Shown one piece after another: positions 63,743-64,000 of a stretch of 64,000 nucleotides of DNA. Where the stretch lies: NCBI GenBank assembly GCA_963806225.1, contig CAWDXG010000001.1, forward strand, positions 1,504,001 through 1,568,000. The letters are read 5' to 3'. This stretch comes from an uncultured delta proteobacterium (GTDB lineage Bacteria > Myxococcota_A > Polyangia > Polyangiales > Polyangiaceae). The position numbers were made by a program, and so were the translations under genes. Under the pieces are notes generated by a model. The model was not told the DNA's origin. It did no database searches and saw nothing but the letters and a program-made list of their open reading frames with translations. The stretch's first letter is position 1. Each line of letters starts with the position of its first letter.

Positions 63743-63820
63743 TTGACACCGCACCCTGGACGCCCTTAGCGTCGGCCAGTCCAGTGGGAGAAAGTGGGGC
63801 AGAGTGTCGCACAGTCCCAT
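63743..63820 (+). promoter_or_regulatory. dcw/mraZ promoter with MraZ-box direct repeats
   Basis: TTGACA (63743)-N18-TAGCGT; 10-bp-period repeats agtggg/agtggg/agtgtc/agtccc at 63783, 63793, 63803, 63813. Confidence 0.65.
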
Positions 63821-63838
63821 CTGGTGGTCGGGTCAGGC

Positions 63839-64000
63839 ATGTTCCGCGGGCAGTTCGTCCACAGCATCGACGCCAAGGGTCGCGTTTCGCTACCAGCACG
63901 TTTCCGTGACGCGCTGATGGCGGACGGTGACTCGCGCTTCATCGTCACGCCCGCGCCGTTCGATCCCTGCCTGCACGTCTACCCGCTCCGGGCGTGGGAG
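63839..64000 (+). CDS. mraZ: Division/cell wall cluster repressor MraZ, 3' end outside window
   Basis: Own translation [24 protein letters not shown]...CLHVYP...W (DxKGR motif). Confidence 0.92.
   Translation, partial: MFRGQFVHSIDAKGRVSLPARFRDALMADGDSRFIVTPAPFDPCLHVYPLRAWE

Overview
GC-rich bacterial chromosome segment. Gene content (many Cys-rich and Gly/DAG-linker lipoproteins, large vWA lipoproteins, an FHA-GGDEF cyclase) suggests a myxobacterium, probably Polyangiaceae-like; this taxonomic call is inference. Most of the window is housekeeping or metabolic: NYN protein, YeaH/SpoVR, a MarR-BKACE-crotonase-carboxyltransferase operon, GMC oxidoreductase, BCP, YeeE pair, thiE, holB, VanW, uvrC, two tandem ~780-aa vWA lipoproteins, an OmpR regulator, TamA/TamB, rsmE and the start of mraZ. 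The standout is an accessory island at ~41.5-50.3 kb holding a decayed integron that the ORF track does not show. Only the last 27 codons of the integrase remain ([27 protein letters not shown], 45759-45842), just downstream of an IS91/ISCR-type transposase relic. The integrase fragment points toward a putative attI (GTTAGCC at 46008), followed by three attC sites whose inverse core sites each complement the preceding core site exactly. The cassettes carry small Cys-rich lipoproteins and two toxin-antitoxin-like pairs, and an IS3 fragment ends the array. A second, integrase-less copy of the attI region lies at 42.13-42.26 kb behind a DUF559 gene. Other non-coding features are a 4x73-bp palindromic tandem repeat (31.28-31.57 kb), a perfect 17-bp-arm palindrome upstream of mraZ and several operator-like inverted repeats. 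At least five ordinary genes are frameshifted, most likely from sequencing or assembly indels. No rRNA, tRNA or CRISPR array was recognised.
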